Shown in pieces: positions 17,995 through 32,967 of a stretch of 64,000 bases of DNA. Origin of the DNA: the human T2T-CHM13v2.0 reference genome, Homo sapiens; NCBI RefSeq assembly GCF_009914755.1, contig NC_060926.1. One strand, given 5' to 3'. Made by a program: the position numbers and the translations under genes. Below the pieces are notes generated by a model. It was not told the origin of the DNA and ran no database searches. It saw only the letters and a program-made list of their open reading frames with translations. How positions within the stretch are numbered: position 1 is the first letter of the stretch; every line of letters begins with the position of its first letter.

Positions 17995-18307
17995 TTTTTT
18001 GTTTGTTTGTTTGTTTTTGAGACAGGGCCTCACTCTGTTGTCCAGGCTGGAGTGCAGTGCTTTGAACAAGGCTCACTGTAGCCTTGACTTCCTGGGCTCA
18101 ATCCATCCTCCTACCTCAGCCTTCCAAGTAGCTGGGACCACAGGCACAAGCCACCTCGTCTGGCTAATTTAATATATATATATTTTTTGTAGAGACAGGG
18201 TCTCACTATGTTGTCCAGGCTGGTCTTGAACTCCTAGGATCAAGGGATCCTCCTGCCTCAGCCTCCTAAAGTGGTGGGATTACAGGAGGGAGCTACAGCA
18301 CCTGGCT
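17995..18307 (-). mobile_element. Alu (J-like), (GTTT)n tail
   Basis: Diverged dimer; TSD-like gat(g/a)ccatactttt; embedded in an old L1 fragment. Confidence 0.9.
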
Positions 18308-18447
18308 GATACCATACTTTTATCTAATATATTGTTTGTATTCCAGTCATGTTAATGGATGAAATAATGTTTTTCATTTCATAGCAATTTCCCTTTCCCT
18401 CTCCCCCAGTGCGGGATTCAGCCTGTGGTCCATATTGAATTTAGTCA

Positions 18448-19330
<883 letters not shown>

Positions 19331-21330
19331 CGTGGCAGTTTGTTTGATGTTTTCTCATGCTTAGATTCAAGCTTGGATTAGGTTACTCATCCCTGGCCAG
19401 AACACTGTCTAAGTGATGCTGTGTCTGTCTCCGGATCTGGAGGCACGTGATGTTCCTTACTGGGGAACGTTAATTTCAATCACCTGGTCAAGGTGTTGTC
19501 TGATTTTTCCATTGCATATTTAAAGTTCTTTTCTCCCCCTTGAAGTTTGTTAAGATGTACTTGAAGATGGTGCAAATATCCTGCTTCTCAAGAAGATGTC
19601 CCCCTAAACTTAGCATCCATGGATGATCCTTGCCTGATCCAATCCTTACCATGATGGGTATGAGCTGATTTTCATCTCCAGCACTCCTTCCACATGTACC
19701 AGGCTAGGCTGTGTGAGGCTCTTGTGGTCACAGTGGTGCTGGCATAACCCCAGGGCCACCACGCATTGATCCCTACCTGTGCCTAGCACTGTGCCTTGGT
19801 GACTCATGCCTTGAGCCTCACCCCTTGGCTCAGGGCCATTCTCTCAGAGTTGAAAGACCTCTGGGTCATTAGGTTGGGTGTCTCATCTCTTCCATCCTTG
19901 ATAGACAGTGTTGGAGTGAGACAGACACCCATTCTGGGGCTGGATTATTCATTAGAAAGTCCTTCCTTCTATTGGCTACAGTTTTTCTCCCTGACATTTT
20001 GAGGATCTTATTTCTCTACCCTCAGGAATGATCAAAAAGAAATCTAACCCTCTTGCATATGACAGCACTTCAAGTCATGGTCTAATGTGGTGCTGACAGT
20101 CACTGGGTGGGATGGGAATGTGCAGAGAAGCACAGGAACATGGTGAGTGGGGAGGGGAAGAAGGGAACTGACACCTACCAAGTTCTATCTAGGTTCCAGG
20201 CACATGTGGGGGGTGATAGGTGTATTAACTGAAATTTTACCAGAACTCTCTGAAGTATTCATTATTTCCTCCAAGCTCCAACAGTGCAGGGTGGGTTGTC
20301 CATTTTATTCTCATCAGTATCCCCAGTACCTACAACCGTACCTGACCCATGAGTGGTGCTCACTACATATTTGTTGAATGAATGAATGAATGACTTTTAC
20401 AGATGAGGAAACAGTCTCAGAAAGTTTATGTCATGTGTGCCCAGCCACGCAGCTGGTCAGATTGCAGGGCTAGGTTTCTGGCATGGTAGGATGACTTGAG
20501 GGCTCTTATTGTTAAATCACTGAATGATTAATACTTTTGGAAGATAGTTGAGAGAAAGAACATTTTCAAAGTGTTGCTGTAGGTTGAAAGGTACAGTTTG
20601 AAAACACTGGGTTGGTGAGTGTGACATCCTAGGGTCAACCACCTGGGCTGTTCCATGAACCCAATAGAACAGGAGCTATGTGGCCTGCCAGCCTTTCTGG
20701 ATCACTTTCCTTTGGGGCATTTGGGAGAAGGTAGCTTGTCTCCTGTCCACTTCTTTTTCAGTCTGAGCCGTACCCACTCCTCCCATCTTCCTGCAGCTAA
20801 CATGGCTCTCAGCACCAGGGGCCGTGGTCCTCTAGGCTGCCCCAGCCCTGGTTCCTGCACACCCACATTCTTCAGCTTAAACCGCCACTGACATAGGGGA
20901 AGGCCCGGAGTCACTGGGGCAGGGGCTCTGCTACCCTCTGCAGGCGTGGAGGCAGGGCCCTAAAAGAGGGAGGAGAGGTGGAAGAGAAGGGTTCACTGTG
21001 GGTGTGGAGGCATGGAGACCACTCTCATTGGTGGCTCTCTTCTGGGTCCTCAGGCATCCTACCACAGGGTTGCCTCTCTCTGACCCACTTGTTTCTCTGG
21101 GGTCTCTGCCAGCTACCGTGATGCAGAGCTGCACCCTCAGTGCACCCTTCTCTTCCACCTCCCCTCCCTCTTTAGGGCCCTGCCTTCAAGGCCACCTCCT
21201 GAAAACTCCAAATGCCATCCCTGCATAGTGTAGACTATTAGACCTCCCAGCCTCCTCTTCATATGATACTTTAACCCATCTGAAAAATAGAATTAATTAG
21301 CTTTTAAAAGCTTTTTAAAATGGCCACTCA

Positions 21331-21935
<605 letters not shown>

Positions 21936-22415
21936 GATTAAAAAAATATGGGCCAGGTCAAATGTATAGACTGGGCTCCCCTTCCCACGGATTAAGCAAA
22001 CCAATGACCTTTCTGTTTCTTTCATGATGCACTCATGGGCCTCTAAGATGGCACAGGAGGCTCACTGTAGAGTTCAAAGCAAAGCCTCAGGCTCTGTCAG
22101 CCTTGTTATTTGTGTGAAATCAGGCAAGTCAAACACCTTCCCAAGTCCCAGTTTCCTTGTCTGTGAGGTGGACTGAACTAATAACAGTACCTACCCCACA
22201 GGACTAGTGTCCTAATATGTACCTAGTTGATGTAACTGCCCTACAGATTCATCGTGCTGGCTGCCAAGATAGAGCTGATTTATCAAGACAGGGGAATTGC
22301 AACAGAAAAAGAGTTTAATACTGAGCTGGCTAAATGGGAGACTGGAGTGTTATTCTTACTCAAATCAGCCTCCTCGAAAATTCAGAGGCTAGAGTTTTTA
22401 AAGACTGTTTGGTGG

Positions 22416-22764
22416 TGATATGGTTTGGCTGTGTCCCCACCCAAATCTCATCTTGAGCTGTAGTTCTCATAATCCCCATGTGCTGTGGGAGGGACCCAGT
22501 GGTAGGTAATTGAATCATGGGGACAGTTATCTTCACCCGGTTCTCGTGATCTGAGGTTTTATAAAGTGGTTCCCACACTTCACTCTGTACTTCTTGCTGC
22601 TGCCATGTAAAGAAGGACATGTTTGCTTCCCCTTCCCCCATGATTGTAAGTTTCCTGAGGCCTCCCCAACCCTGCTGAACTGTGAGTCAATTAAACCTCT
22701 TTCCTTTCTGAATTACCCAGTCTCAGGTATATCTTCATTAGCAGTGTGAGAACAGACTAATACA
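22416..22764 (+). mobile_element. THE1 (MaLR) solo LTR
   Basis: tgatatggtttggctgtgtccccacccaaatctcatcttg...gagaacagactaataca, about 350 bp. Confidence 0.92.
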
Positions 22765-22768
22765 GGTG

Positions 22769-23445
22769 TGTTCCCAGACCAAACCGAGGGTCTGGCTGCT
22801 TATTCTCATGGCCCAATAATGAGATGAAGATGAACTGGGAAAGAAGAGAGTTTATTTCTGTAATCAGGTACAGGCAGAAGGCCTGGAAAATATCAGCAGA
22901 TCAACTCGAAATTACAAAGTTTTCCAGAGCTTATATACCTTCTAAGCTATATCTCTACATGTGAGCGTGCATTCTTCTAAAGACCTAAGTGTCTAACTTC
23001 TTTGAATCTATAACTAAAACTAAGGTCTGAGTTTTGAAGACCTTCTTCTGGAGCCTCAGTAAATTTACTTAATCTAGGTGGGTCTAGGGGCCAGGGGTGA
23101 TTATCCTTCGCTTGTCTCCTGCTAAATCATGGAGGTTTGGGGAGATCCTTTAGACCCCCAATAAAACTTGATTGTTGAGGCCTGGGGAGTTTCTTCAGAC
23201 CCCCAGTAAAAACTTGTTTAGTCCTAAATGGGTCCTGTTAAGAATTCCTTTGTTATCTTGTCATGCTTCAAGTCCCCGGAAAGGCCTGGGCAAAACTCTT
23301 GGTGGGCTTTTGTTACATTCCAGCCTTTGTGTGATGGCACTGGCTCTATCAGCTTTGAATGTTTAACTTCACCACTCAGTCAGTGCTGAAACAGCTGTTA
23401 TGAAGACCTGCCTGTTCAGCTGTTAGCGAGATCTGGCCTGCCACA
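22769..23445 (-). mobile_element. ERV1-class solo LTR (family uncertain)
   Basis: tgttcccagacc...ctggcctgccaca with a 4-bp TSD ggtg on both sides; TATA-like and AATAAA motifs on the minus strand. Confidence 0.8.
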
Positions 23446-26400
23446 GGTGGGCAGGGGGCTAGGGAATAGGAGTGCTGATTTGTTGGGTCAGGGATGGAAT
23501 CACAGGAAGTTGAGGCTGTCCTCTAGCCATGAGTCAATTCCTGGGTGGGGACCACATGACCAGATGAGCCAGTTTACCAGTCTAGGTAGTGCCAGCAGGA
23601 ATGCAGTGTCTGAAAAATACCTCAAACACCAATCTTAGGTTCTACAATAGTGACGTTATCCATAGGAGCAACTGGGGAGGCTCGGAATCCCGTGGCCTCT
23701 GGCTGCATGACTCCTGAGTCATAATTCCTAAGCTTGTGGCTAATCTGAGTTTTACAAAGTTACTCTGGTCTCCAGGCAAGGACGAGGTTTGTTTCTGGAA
23801 AGGGCTGTTTTCATCTTTGTTTCAAAGTTAAACTATAAACTAAAATTTTCTATGGTTAGCTGGCCTATGCCCAGGAATGAATAAGGGCATTTTGGAGATT
23901 AAAGGCAAGATGGAGTCGGTTGGGTCAGATCTCTTTCACTGTCATCATTCTCTCATTTTTATAATTTTTGCAAAGCCGGTTTCATTAATAGGAGGGTTGC
24001 TATTATTAGCATGCAAGTTCCATGAGGTCAGAGACTGTATTTTGTTGGACATACTAAATAAGTATTTGTTGAATGAATAAATTCTAAGATTTTTAAGGAG
24101 TTTTTACGTTTTGTTTTTAAATTTAATTTTTTACGTTGGTAAAAACTTTAAGAAGTTGTAAAAACAGAAACTATATTTAAAAACGCAGTGAAAATTCTCC
24201 CTGGCCTCTTTGTCCCTGATCTGCCCAGTTCTTGCTGTTCCCTAACAGGTAACCCCTCTTCTTAGTTTCTTATGGATCATTCCAGAGATCTTATATTATT
24301 GCTTAATCGCCCATATAGATTCTAACTTTCCTCTTTTTTATGCAGCAAGTAGCTTATTATACATGCTCTTTTGCACCTTGTTTTATCACTTAACAGTGTA
24401 TCTTGAAGATTTTCCATGTAAGTGAATAATTCCCCATTATTGTTATAGCTGTCTAGTGTTCCATTGTATGAATGTACTGTACTTTATTTACCTGTCGTCT
24501 ATGATGGACACGTGAATTGCCTCCTGTGTTTTGTTTTGTTCTTACAATGATGTAATAAGACCCAATGTTTTAAAATAAAATTGTTTTGATTTCTTTGTGC
24601 TTTATTAAAATAAATTGACTTGGCCACCATGATTCCCACCCTCCCACATGCTGCCTAAGGCTAAGGTTTGGGGGCCACCCATGCCTCCTTCCCTTCTGCC
24701 ATACGGCAGTAGTAGCACCCCTGGATGGTGAGTTTGGGAACTAGTTCTTTTTCTACGGAGGAAAAGCATGTGCCCTGTCAGACCTCAAGCTGCCTTGGCC
24801 TCTCCTTCCCTTGCCCATGCCAGTTCCTGCCTTCTCTTTCTTTGGGTTGGCAGCGGCTCTTTCGGTCCCCACACTTCTCCACCCCCCACATTCCAATGGC
24901 TCCAGAGCACAGCTAGCCAAGAGGTCTGAGGAGGCTGGGAGCACCTGTGGTGTTTTCCTCCATGTGGGCTGCAGGGGGTGTGGCCAGGACCCACGGGTGT
25001 CATTTCCACCCATGTAGGCTCTGCTCTGCACACACTCATAGCTGGCCCTGTGCAGGACCCCTGGCCCCCTCCTTGCCTCATCTGAGCCTCTGGAATCCTG
25101 TCTGCCACTTGCCAGGCCCCTGGTTGGTGCCGACTGAGAGTGCAGCATCCCTGATGAGCAGAGGGCACCTGGCCCTGGAGCCTGTGCTTCAGTCTGACTC
25201 CAGATGGGGCGGGTCTCCTCAAGGGCCCCAGACCTAGAGGCCCCTGGATAAAGCCACATCTCCTCCATCCCTGTGAAATGAATGGATGAATGATGAGTGG
25301 CCTTCTGGGTTTTCTGTGACCAACCTCAGACCCCTCTAGCCTCCCAGGGGTCCCTCTTCTGCGCCCCCCACCTCTCCTCCCTGAGCAATGCTTCCTGGGA
25401 GGCTCTGAATTTCTGACTCTTGTGAACTTGACTACCACAGCCTGCTCCTTACACTGCGGGAGAGGCAGCCTGCCCTGCTATTTCCAGCCCTTCCTTCTAC
25501 AGGAGTGGGGGCTGGTGAAGCCACCCTTCTTGGAGGGACTTGCCCCCAGGCCGATAGCAGGGTTTGGGGGTGCATTTCATGGCCCCAAAAAGCATTTCAG
25601 GGAGGAAATAACAAGCAGTCAACCCTGGCTGCTGTCTCTTGGGCATCCAAGAGGCACCCCAGGCTGGCAGGGGTGGGGGTGCTACTTCCTTCTGCATTTC
25701 CTGCCATTGTTCCCTGACCCACTTCCGGGAATTCTCCCTGGGCTGGGAGGGCTGGACAACCAGCAAGGGAGGCAGAGGAGGTCTGGCTTTTCTCGGCACC
25801 CTATGACCTGGCTGCTAACTCTGCTCTGCTCAGTCCTGAGGGCTCCTAAGCTGGAGCTCCAGCTGCCATGTACAGCTCTCTGGTCCATGAGGCCTCCTTG
25901 GGCCCTGCCTCCCAGTCCCCAAGGAGAGAAGCCTCAGTGCTCTGGGGGATTGACAGGGAACCTAGATACCCGGGTCCTGGGGCTGACTCAGCCATTCTCC
26001 TGCTTGAACAAGTCACTCCCCTCTGCCACCCCAGTTTTCTCGTGATGGGCAGGGTTACTCTGATCTCTGATGTCGCATGGACTCATGCATCCTCTATACC
26101 TACTGTCTGGTCTTTTTGACATTGTCTGGGTCCTGAGGACAATTCAGTCAACATACTGACGGGTGCCTTCTGGCACCAGCCCCTAGGATGGAGACACTCC
26201 AGGAGCCCCAGCTTATTAAGTGATGGTAAAAATCCTGCTCCATGCTGTGAAGGAATGGAACACAAATCAGTTTACATTCTAGAAAATATGGCTCCTAACA
26301 CTGTGAGGGGGTTTCAAACCCTGGATTGAATATTAGTGAATATCTCTCCCCCTCTATCCCCTTCTTTCAGAAAGGGTTAGAAAATGGACCTTGAGCGTAT

Positions 26401-26519
26401 ATTACATTTACTGCCTTGCTAGCAAGGGCACGAGCAAGGCGGCAGAGTCTGTTGCTTTCAAGAAGGATGGAAAAAGAGGGATTTCATTGTTGAGAAGCTT
26501 AAATAAGTGGCTAGTTTTT

Positions 26520-27196
26520 AATTTTAAGTTTTATTATGATAAATCGACATAAACGCTACCATTTTAACCATTTGTGAGCATACATTTCAGTGGCGTTACA
26601 TGCATTCATGATGTCATGCAGTCATTCCCACCGTCCACCTCCAAAATGTTCTCATCTTCTAAAACTGAAACTCTGTAACTGTTCAATAATAAATCCTCAC
26701 TTCCTCCTCCCCCCAGCTTGTATCAGCCACCATTCTACTTTCTATGAATTTGACTACTCTAGCTACCTCATACAATATTTGTCTTTTTGTGACTGGCTGA
26801 TTTCACTTTGCGGAATGTCTCCAAGGTCCATCCATGTTGTAGCATGTGTCTGAATCTTCTTTTTTGAGACTGAATAATATTCCATTGTATGGATGGACCA
26901 CATCTTGTTTGTGCCTCTGTTGATGGAGACTTGGTTTGCTTACACCTCTTGGCTATTGTGAATAATACTGCTGTGAACACAGGTGTGCAAATATCTAGGT
27001 CCCTGATTTCAATTTTTTTGGGGGTATATAACTAGAAGTGGAATTGCTAGATCATATGCTAATTCTAGGTTTAATTTTTTGAGTAACTGCTATGCTGTTT
27101 CCCACAGTGGCTGCACCGTTTACGTCCCTACACACCATGCACAAGCATTCCAGTTTCTCCATATCCTGGCCAACACTTGTGATTTTTCTCTCCATG

Positions 27197-27245
<49 letters not shown>

Positions 27246-27290
27246 ATAATAGCCATCCTAATGGATGTGAAGTAGTATCTCAGTGTGAGT
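26520..27290 (-). mobile_element. L1MB-type 3' fragment
   Basis: ccattttaaccatttgtgagc...gactggctgatttcact...ggctattgtgaataatactgctgtgaac...tagccatcctaatggatgtgaag. Confidence 0.8.
27201..27242. repeat. (TG)21 microsatellite
   Basis: 21 uninterrupted TG units. Confidence 0.97.
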
Positions 27291-28334
27291 AGTCAGTTTT
27301 AAAAATCACCTCGTTAGGTCGAGGTTGCAGTTTTATTTGATAGGGTCATAAAAATCTATATTCCAATCAATATTTGCAGAGACCAGAAAAGGGATGAGCC
27401 CAGATGACAGGTGTGCTGTTCATCCATCAGGAAAAAGCAGTTAATAAGTACACCTGTGGCTGTTCACCAGCCTAACATGGCCTTGTGCCCTGACAGTAAT
27501 GTTCAGGGTAAGTCCATTTCTCAGGGAGGCAAGCAGAAGTCACACACAGACACCAGGCGACAGGTTCCTACAGTCACAGGCCACTCACTGCCCATGGTTT
27601 CCTGCTGCCTCTACAGAGGGGCAGACTATATGGTGAGCCCACTTCATAGCTTCCTCTGCTCTCTTTGAAGGGAGCATGTGCCAACCATCGCGCTGCTGAC
27701 CTACTCTTTCCTAATAGCCCATACATGTGCCCCACCCCTCCTGTCAGTCAGAAATGCAGCCTCTGGTGCGTGTGGTATGGACCGCCCAGGGCCTCTCAGG
27801 AGTGGAGCCTGTTTCCCCTGCCCCAATATCCTTTTCTCCCTGTCCCTGAAGACAGGAAGGTTTCCTTGCTTTTCATGTACAATCAATCACTGCCGGCGGA
27901 GCCCTGGGATTCCAATACAGACGGCCTGTGTAGACATGGGTCATATGATCTGCTGGGGCTCAGGGGCAGTGTGGGGGTGATGAGATACTGACCTGGTGGA
28001 CTGTCAAGGGCTCATGGGAAGACAACCCTTCATCTCTGGGGAGGCGTGGCTGGGCCTCTGGGGAGGGGCAGGAAGGGGTCAAGGTGGACCTTGGAGAAGG
28101 AAAGGTATCTCTTATCCCTTCCCATGCCCAAGTATTTCCCTAGGGGCCAGGCCTTCCAGGGATGGTGCATGGTGGTGACTGGGTGTGGGGGTGCAGGAGA
28201 GCCCTCGTGGGGTGCTGGGTGACTGTGTGGTCTAGGCAGACCAGCCTCATCTGAGTGGTGGCAGTGAGGGGTCTGGCAGAAGAGCCAGGGTGCCTTAGGC
28301 TAGTTTTCTACATTTGACTTCTCTCTCCTCTCAG

Positions 28335-28440
28335 GTTCCTGGGGGAAGCCAAGGTCCCACTCCGAGAGGTCCTCGCCACCCCTAGTCTGTCCGCCAGCTT
28401 CAATGCCCCCCTGCTGGACACCAAGAAGCAGCCCACAGGG
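28335..28440 (+). CDS. DYSF: Dysferlin exon 4 (106 nt; C2A)
   Basis: ctcctctcag|GTTCCTG...ACAGGG|gtaagt; encodes [35 protein letters not shown]. Confidence 0.97.
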
Positions 28441-31400
28441 GTAAGTGCCCATCAGCCTCTGCCAGGTTAAGGTCCAAGGCATTGCCAGGTGGCTTCCTCT
28501 TTGGGCCTTGCCATTCTGACCCCAGACATGCATCTGACTTCAGCTCCCTTGAAGCAGGCCTGGCCCTCCCTGACCAGAGTTTGCAGTGTCTGGAGGGGCA
28601 CTGGACTAGGGGAGATGGGAAGGGCAGAGGGAGCCCTGACCCCACCTGCAGGGCTCAAGTCAGCCTTGGCTCGCAGCAGCTTGGCCTGCCCCTTGGTCTG
28701 GTGCTGCCGGTCTGGCCACCTCCTGTCCCCAGCTTCCTGGTCAGCCTTGGCTATAGCCCACCTAGTCTCCCTGGCAGACCTCCCCTCCTCCCTCACCATC
28801 CAGCCCTCTTCTCCAGATTCAGAATCTCTGAACCATCTGGGTCACAGGGCATGAGGGATGGAGGGAAAGAGCCCTCTCCCCTGCCCACCAGGACCCTCTT
28901 CCTTTTCCTCCGTTGTTCTTCCTGCCCCTCCCTGGCCTTCTCAGTGCTCCCCCCAAGTCCAATCAGACAATTCCCAGCCCTCCTCTCTGCCTGTTATTTT
29001 TAGTGAGCTAAATATACCCTGTAGGGTTCTCTCTTCCTGGTAGAATTCCTGACCTCTCCTGTGGGTTAGCCCCGCCTTCCAGGATGTACCAGGAACCATG
29101 GATTGGAACTACTTCCGCCCTGTGAGGCCTGGGGGATTCAGGCCCTGACTTGTCTCAGACAGGGCAGTGGTACTGCCCCGTGGCGGGTGTGTGAGGCCGG
29201 GGCTCCTGGCTGGCTGGGTGAGTCAGGAAGTAGCCGGTCTGGGCAGATCTCTGAATGGAACGAGACTGGATGCTGAGACCTAGAGAAAAGGAACCACTGA
29301 AGTCACATAGTCAGTGGCTGTTCCCATGGGGGCCTGGACCAGGAGCTCATCCCCTAGACCCTCTGGTGGAATGGCTGTGGATGGACTCCTGGTTCACTGA
29401 ACTCTCAGTCTGCTGCCCTCTCGGTGCTGGACTTTGCTCCCAAGGGGTCTTAGGCTGGGGATGGCTGGGCTGCTCCCTTGATGGAAGATGTCACTTCCCA
29501 GGAAAGTCCATCTGTTTCCCACACAGGGCTCACTGGCAGAATGTTCTGGTTTAGAGCAGTATTCACTGAGCCTGTCTCCATCACCCTGAGTCCCCTCTCA
29601 TCCTCCGTTTCAGCCTCCTGTCTCTTAACACTCCCTGTGGTCAAGGAGGACCCCAAGGAGTTCTGGAACTACCCCTTCAGGGGTCCTGAGGAGGCTCAGA
29701 CCCAACCCTCAAGGCATGGGACACAGATGGAGGGATGATAGGTATCAAGGCAGCTGGCGAGAGAAAGCCTTGGGGTCAGGCTTGGTTCTCACTTCCTTGC
29801 TGGGACACCAGCATCTCTCCACTCCAGCTCTGTGTGCATCCATGACTCTGGTGTTTCCTGCCCTTCGGTCCCTTCCAACCTCAAAGGCCTGTCCAGCCCC
29901 GAGGCAGAGTTTTCCATAGCTGGTCCCTATTCATGAGCCGTGTCAGGCTGGAGCCATCCCCTCCATACCTCCCTTCGCCTCCTCCTGCTCCTTGTTCCCA
30001 CACTGTCTGGGCTTCATGTTTACCAGCGGGGAGCCTGCTGCCTTCTCTTCCCTGGCTGGGGATTCCTGGCTGTCTGCAGAGCTTTACAATCCTTCACCAA
30101 CCGTGTCTCCAAAAAGAGTGTGTGAGATCCAGGAGGTGGCGGATGGGAGAGAGTGCTGGACCCTGCTGGGTTGAGCCCCACTAGCTGAGCACAGGCTGGA
30201 AATGGAGTTGGGGAGCCTCCTCCCTGTTGCCCAGGAGGCAGTCCTCACCTGTACAGAGGGTCTAGGACTAGATTCTAGTCCATGTGATGGCATTAAGGTC
30301 ACAGTGCAGCCCCAGACAGGTCATATGTCCCTTTGGGCTGGGGCTTCCTGCCTGGGACCTGGGCTGGCTGCACTGTAGTGCGAGGCAGGGATAACTGGGG
30401 GTGTGCTGGGCAGGGACAGACAGCCAACAACATTGAGGGTTCTCGCTGGCCGCTCACTGAGACCTCATTTCTGAGCTAAGCCCAATCAGCAGAGCATGCC
30501 AGGTGCCCCCATTTCATTGTAGCTCTCAGTTGCCTCTAAGGGCCAAAGAACCTGCTGATGGGGTGATACGAGTGAACACAGAGCCAGTGGGATCCTTAGG
30601 AAACTCTGGCAGACTGAGAGGCGTGGGGGAGGCCGGGAGTCCTGCCGCAGGCTGACTGCAGACCCCGTTTGCCTTTTGCTCAGTGTTCTCACCCAAGTCC
30701 CTTCAGATATAGCACGCTGGGCTGTGTGCCATGGAGGATCTGGCTATGTGCCAAATCTACCCTCTGACAGCTGCTAGGTTGATGGGGAAAACACTCCCCC
30801 AGTCCTGGAGGAACCTCCAGGCCATGGGGATTTAGGACACACATGGAGGAAAAGAAGCAGCATCCTCTCAGATGTATTTTAAGAGGAGCTCACTCAGGAA
30901 GGTGTGGATACATGGAGAAAACTCAGTCGGCATCACCCGGGCCTTAAAGCCAGAATCGGATCACAAAGGAGGACAAGAGCCTACGAAGCCCAGTGGTGTG
31001 TGGGTCAGGGAAGCCAGGAGGGCACTGTGTGTTGGGAGCGGGGACCTGAGGCGGGCAGGACAGTGCTCAGTGAGTCCCTGAGCTTTCTTCAAAGGTTTGG
31101 AGCTTCTGCCAACCAACCCTGTATCAGCTCAGGGCCACAGCTACCCTCTGCCTGCTTCTGGAGGTTGTCTGAGGGAGAGGTTAGTGAGGGCCACGCACAT
31201 ATCAGGCCTGTCTTGTCCACACGGGACACATGTGTTAGGGGAGGTGAGAGTGGGCTGGTCTGGGTTTTGGTTTTGATGAGCTCAGTGTTGGAGAGCTGTG
31301 GTCGAGGAAGTAGGTGGCGCACAATGGGCTGGGCATGGCAGGGTGGGCGAAGGACCCCAGAGCCTGACCACATAACCTGGAGGAGGGTCACAGCCAGGGA

Positions 31401-32967
31401 GGGTCTGAGGAGGTCATTCGCCTTCAGTTTCCTGAGCCCTCTTAGCCTGGGGCAAGACAGGAGTCTCAAGTTCTGCTGATCTCGTTGATTGTGGGCCCCA
31501 AGGCAGCAGACGAGGGCGACCGAGGTTACCCTGCTCCAGGGCAGCGTGTTTGGTGGACACACGATTGACTGACAATGGCCTTGTGCGTGGAGAACCCTGG
31601 AGTGCTGCTGAGTTGGAGACTGAGGACCTGGGCTGTCAGGCGCGGGACCCGTGACGTGGAGGACCTTGAGGAAGGTCCCACTGGGAGCTCTAGGCCCAGG
31701 TTGTGTAGTCCGGGAGAGCACAGGGCTCACATATATCCCCCAGGAAGAAAATCTTAGCTCTATTTGTCTAGAGAAGGAGACAGGGGTTGAGCTGTGATGT
31801 CATGGTGAGGGTACAAGGTCCTGGTCCTGGGTGGGGCCCACTGACACGCCCACTTTCCCTTAAGAGCCTCAGCAGAGCCAAAGAACTTCAGTATTCACCA
31901 TCAGATCCTGAAGCCATGGTCCCTGGGGCCCACCTCCTAGTGCTGAGGTCTGTTCTAGACCCTGAGCTCCAGAGCCTCTGGAGCTGCAGGGATGTCCCTG
32001 TGGCTCTCTGATGGGCAGCTAGAAGACAGACCTGTGCTGGAAGTCTCATTCAAGGGCCCAGAGCAACCCGGATGGTGCCAGTTCTTCAGGAGGTTGGTGT
32101 GGAGCTGTCGGTGTAGAAACACCGGATGCTCAGGAAACCCCAGAAGGGGCTGCCTAAGTGGTCTCTGGAGCCCTCTCTCTGGAGAGGGCTGCTCCTGTCT
32201 GCATCCCGGAGAGGGCTGCTCCCAAGCCCCAGTGCTGAGGAGCTGGCACTGGGCACGGTGTGGAAGAGTTACACTCCGGCGGCTCCACCTCTCACAGAGA
32301 TGGTGTATAGAAGCCCCCAGGTGGTGTGCAGTGAGTGGATAGCAGGGTGAGCCCCTAGAAACAGGAAGGGGCGCTCTTCCAGGGGACCTGTTTCCAAGGT
32401 CAGAGGCCCAAGGGCAGCCCAGGTGTGGCCCCTTCAAGTTTTTGCTTCACTCTCCTCAGCTCAATGGGGTCCACTCAGACTGCTTGATTTAACACTGCAA
32501 TCTGCAAAATGTCTCATTCCCCTGATCCTTCTTGCTCTGGTTTACTTTTTCTTTTCTTTCTAACATACTCTCTTCTTTATGTATTTATTTTGTTTATTAT
32601 TTATTGTCTGTCTTCTCTGCCAAGACATCAGCTCCATGGGGGCAGGGACCTTTGCCTTATTTATGGAAGCGTCCCCAGAATCTTGAACAGTGTGTTTGGC
32701 CCTGGCAGGTGCCCAACACACAGGCACGTGTGCGCGCACACACACACACGTAGAGGGAATGAATATGTGAGTTAATGAATGAATGGGTCAGGCCAGACAT
32801 GTCAGGCAGGGCCCTCAGTGTTCATCTTTCAGATGTGGGCCCAACTCAGGCCAAGTCAAACAAACACCCCCCACAGGCCTGGCCTCTGGGGCCACTGCAC
32901 GGAGCCCTGCGCTCACAAGGGCCTCATGCTTGGCTTAATTCTCTTCTGTTTCCATCTTGAAATTCTT

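Larger units (their letters stand above)
22231..23984 (-). mobile_element. LTR8-like ERV1 solo LTR split by two further LTRs
   Basis: Minus-strand start tgaaaccggctttgcaaaaattat, other end gggcagttaca; flanks ttga/ttaa. Confidence 0.75.

Noticed and set aside
24753-26045. Overlapping 170-217 aa ORFs on both strands
   Set aside because: GC-rich stop-poor intron; no domain, no splice-site support and no consistent strand.
30904-31730. Opposed 191-aa and 213-aa ORFs
   Set aside because: No recognisable motif; expected by chance at this GC content.
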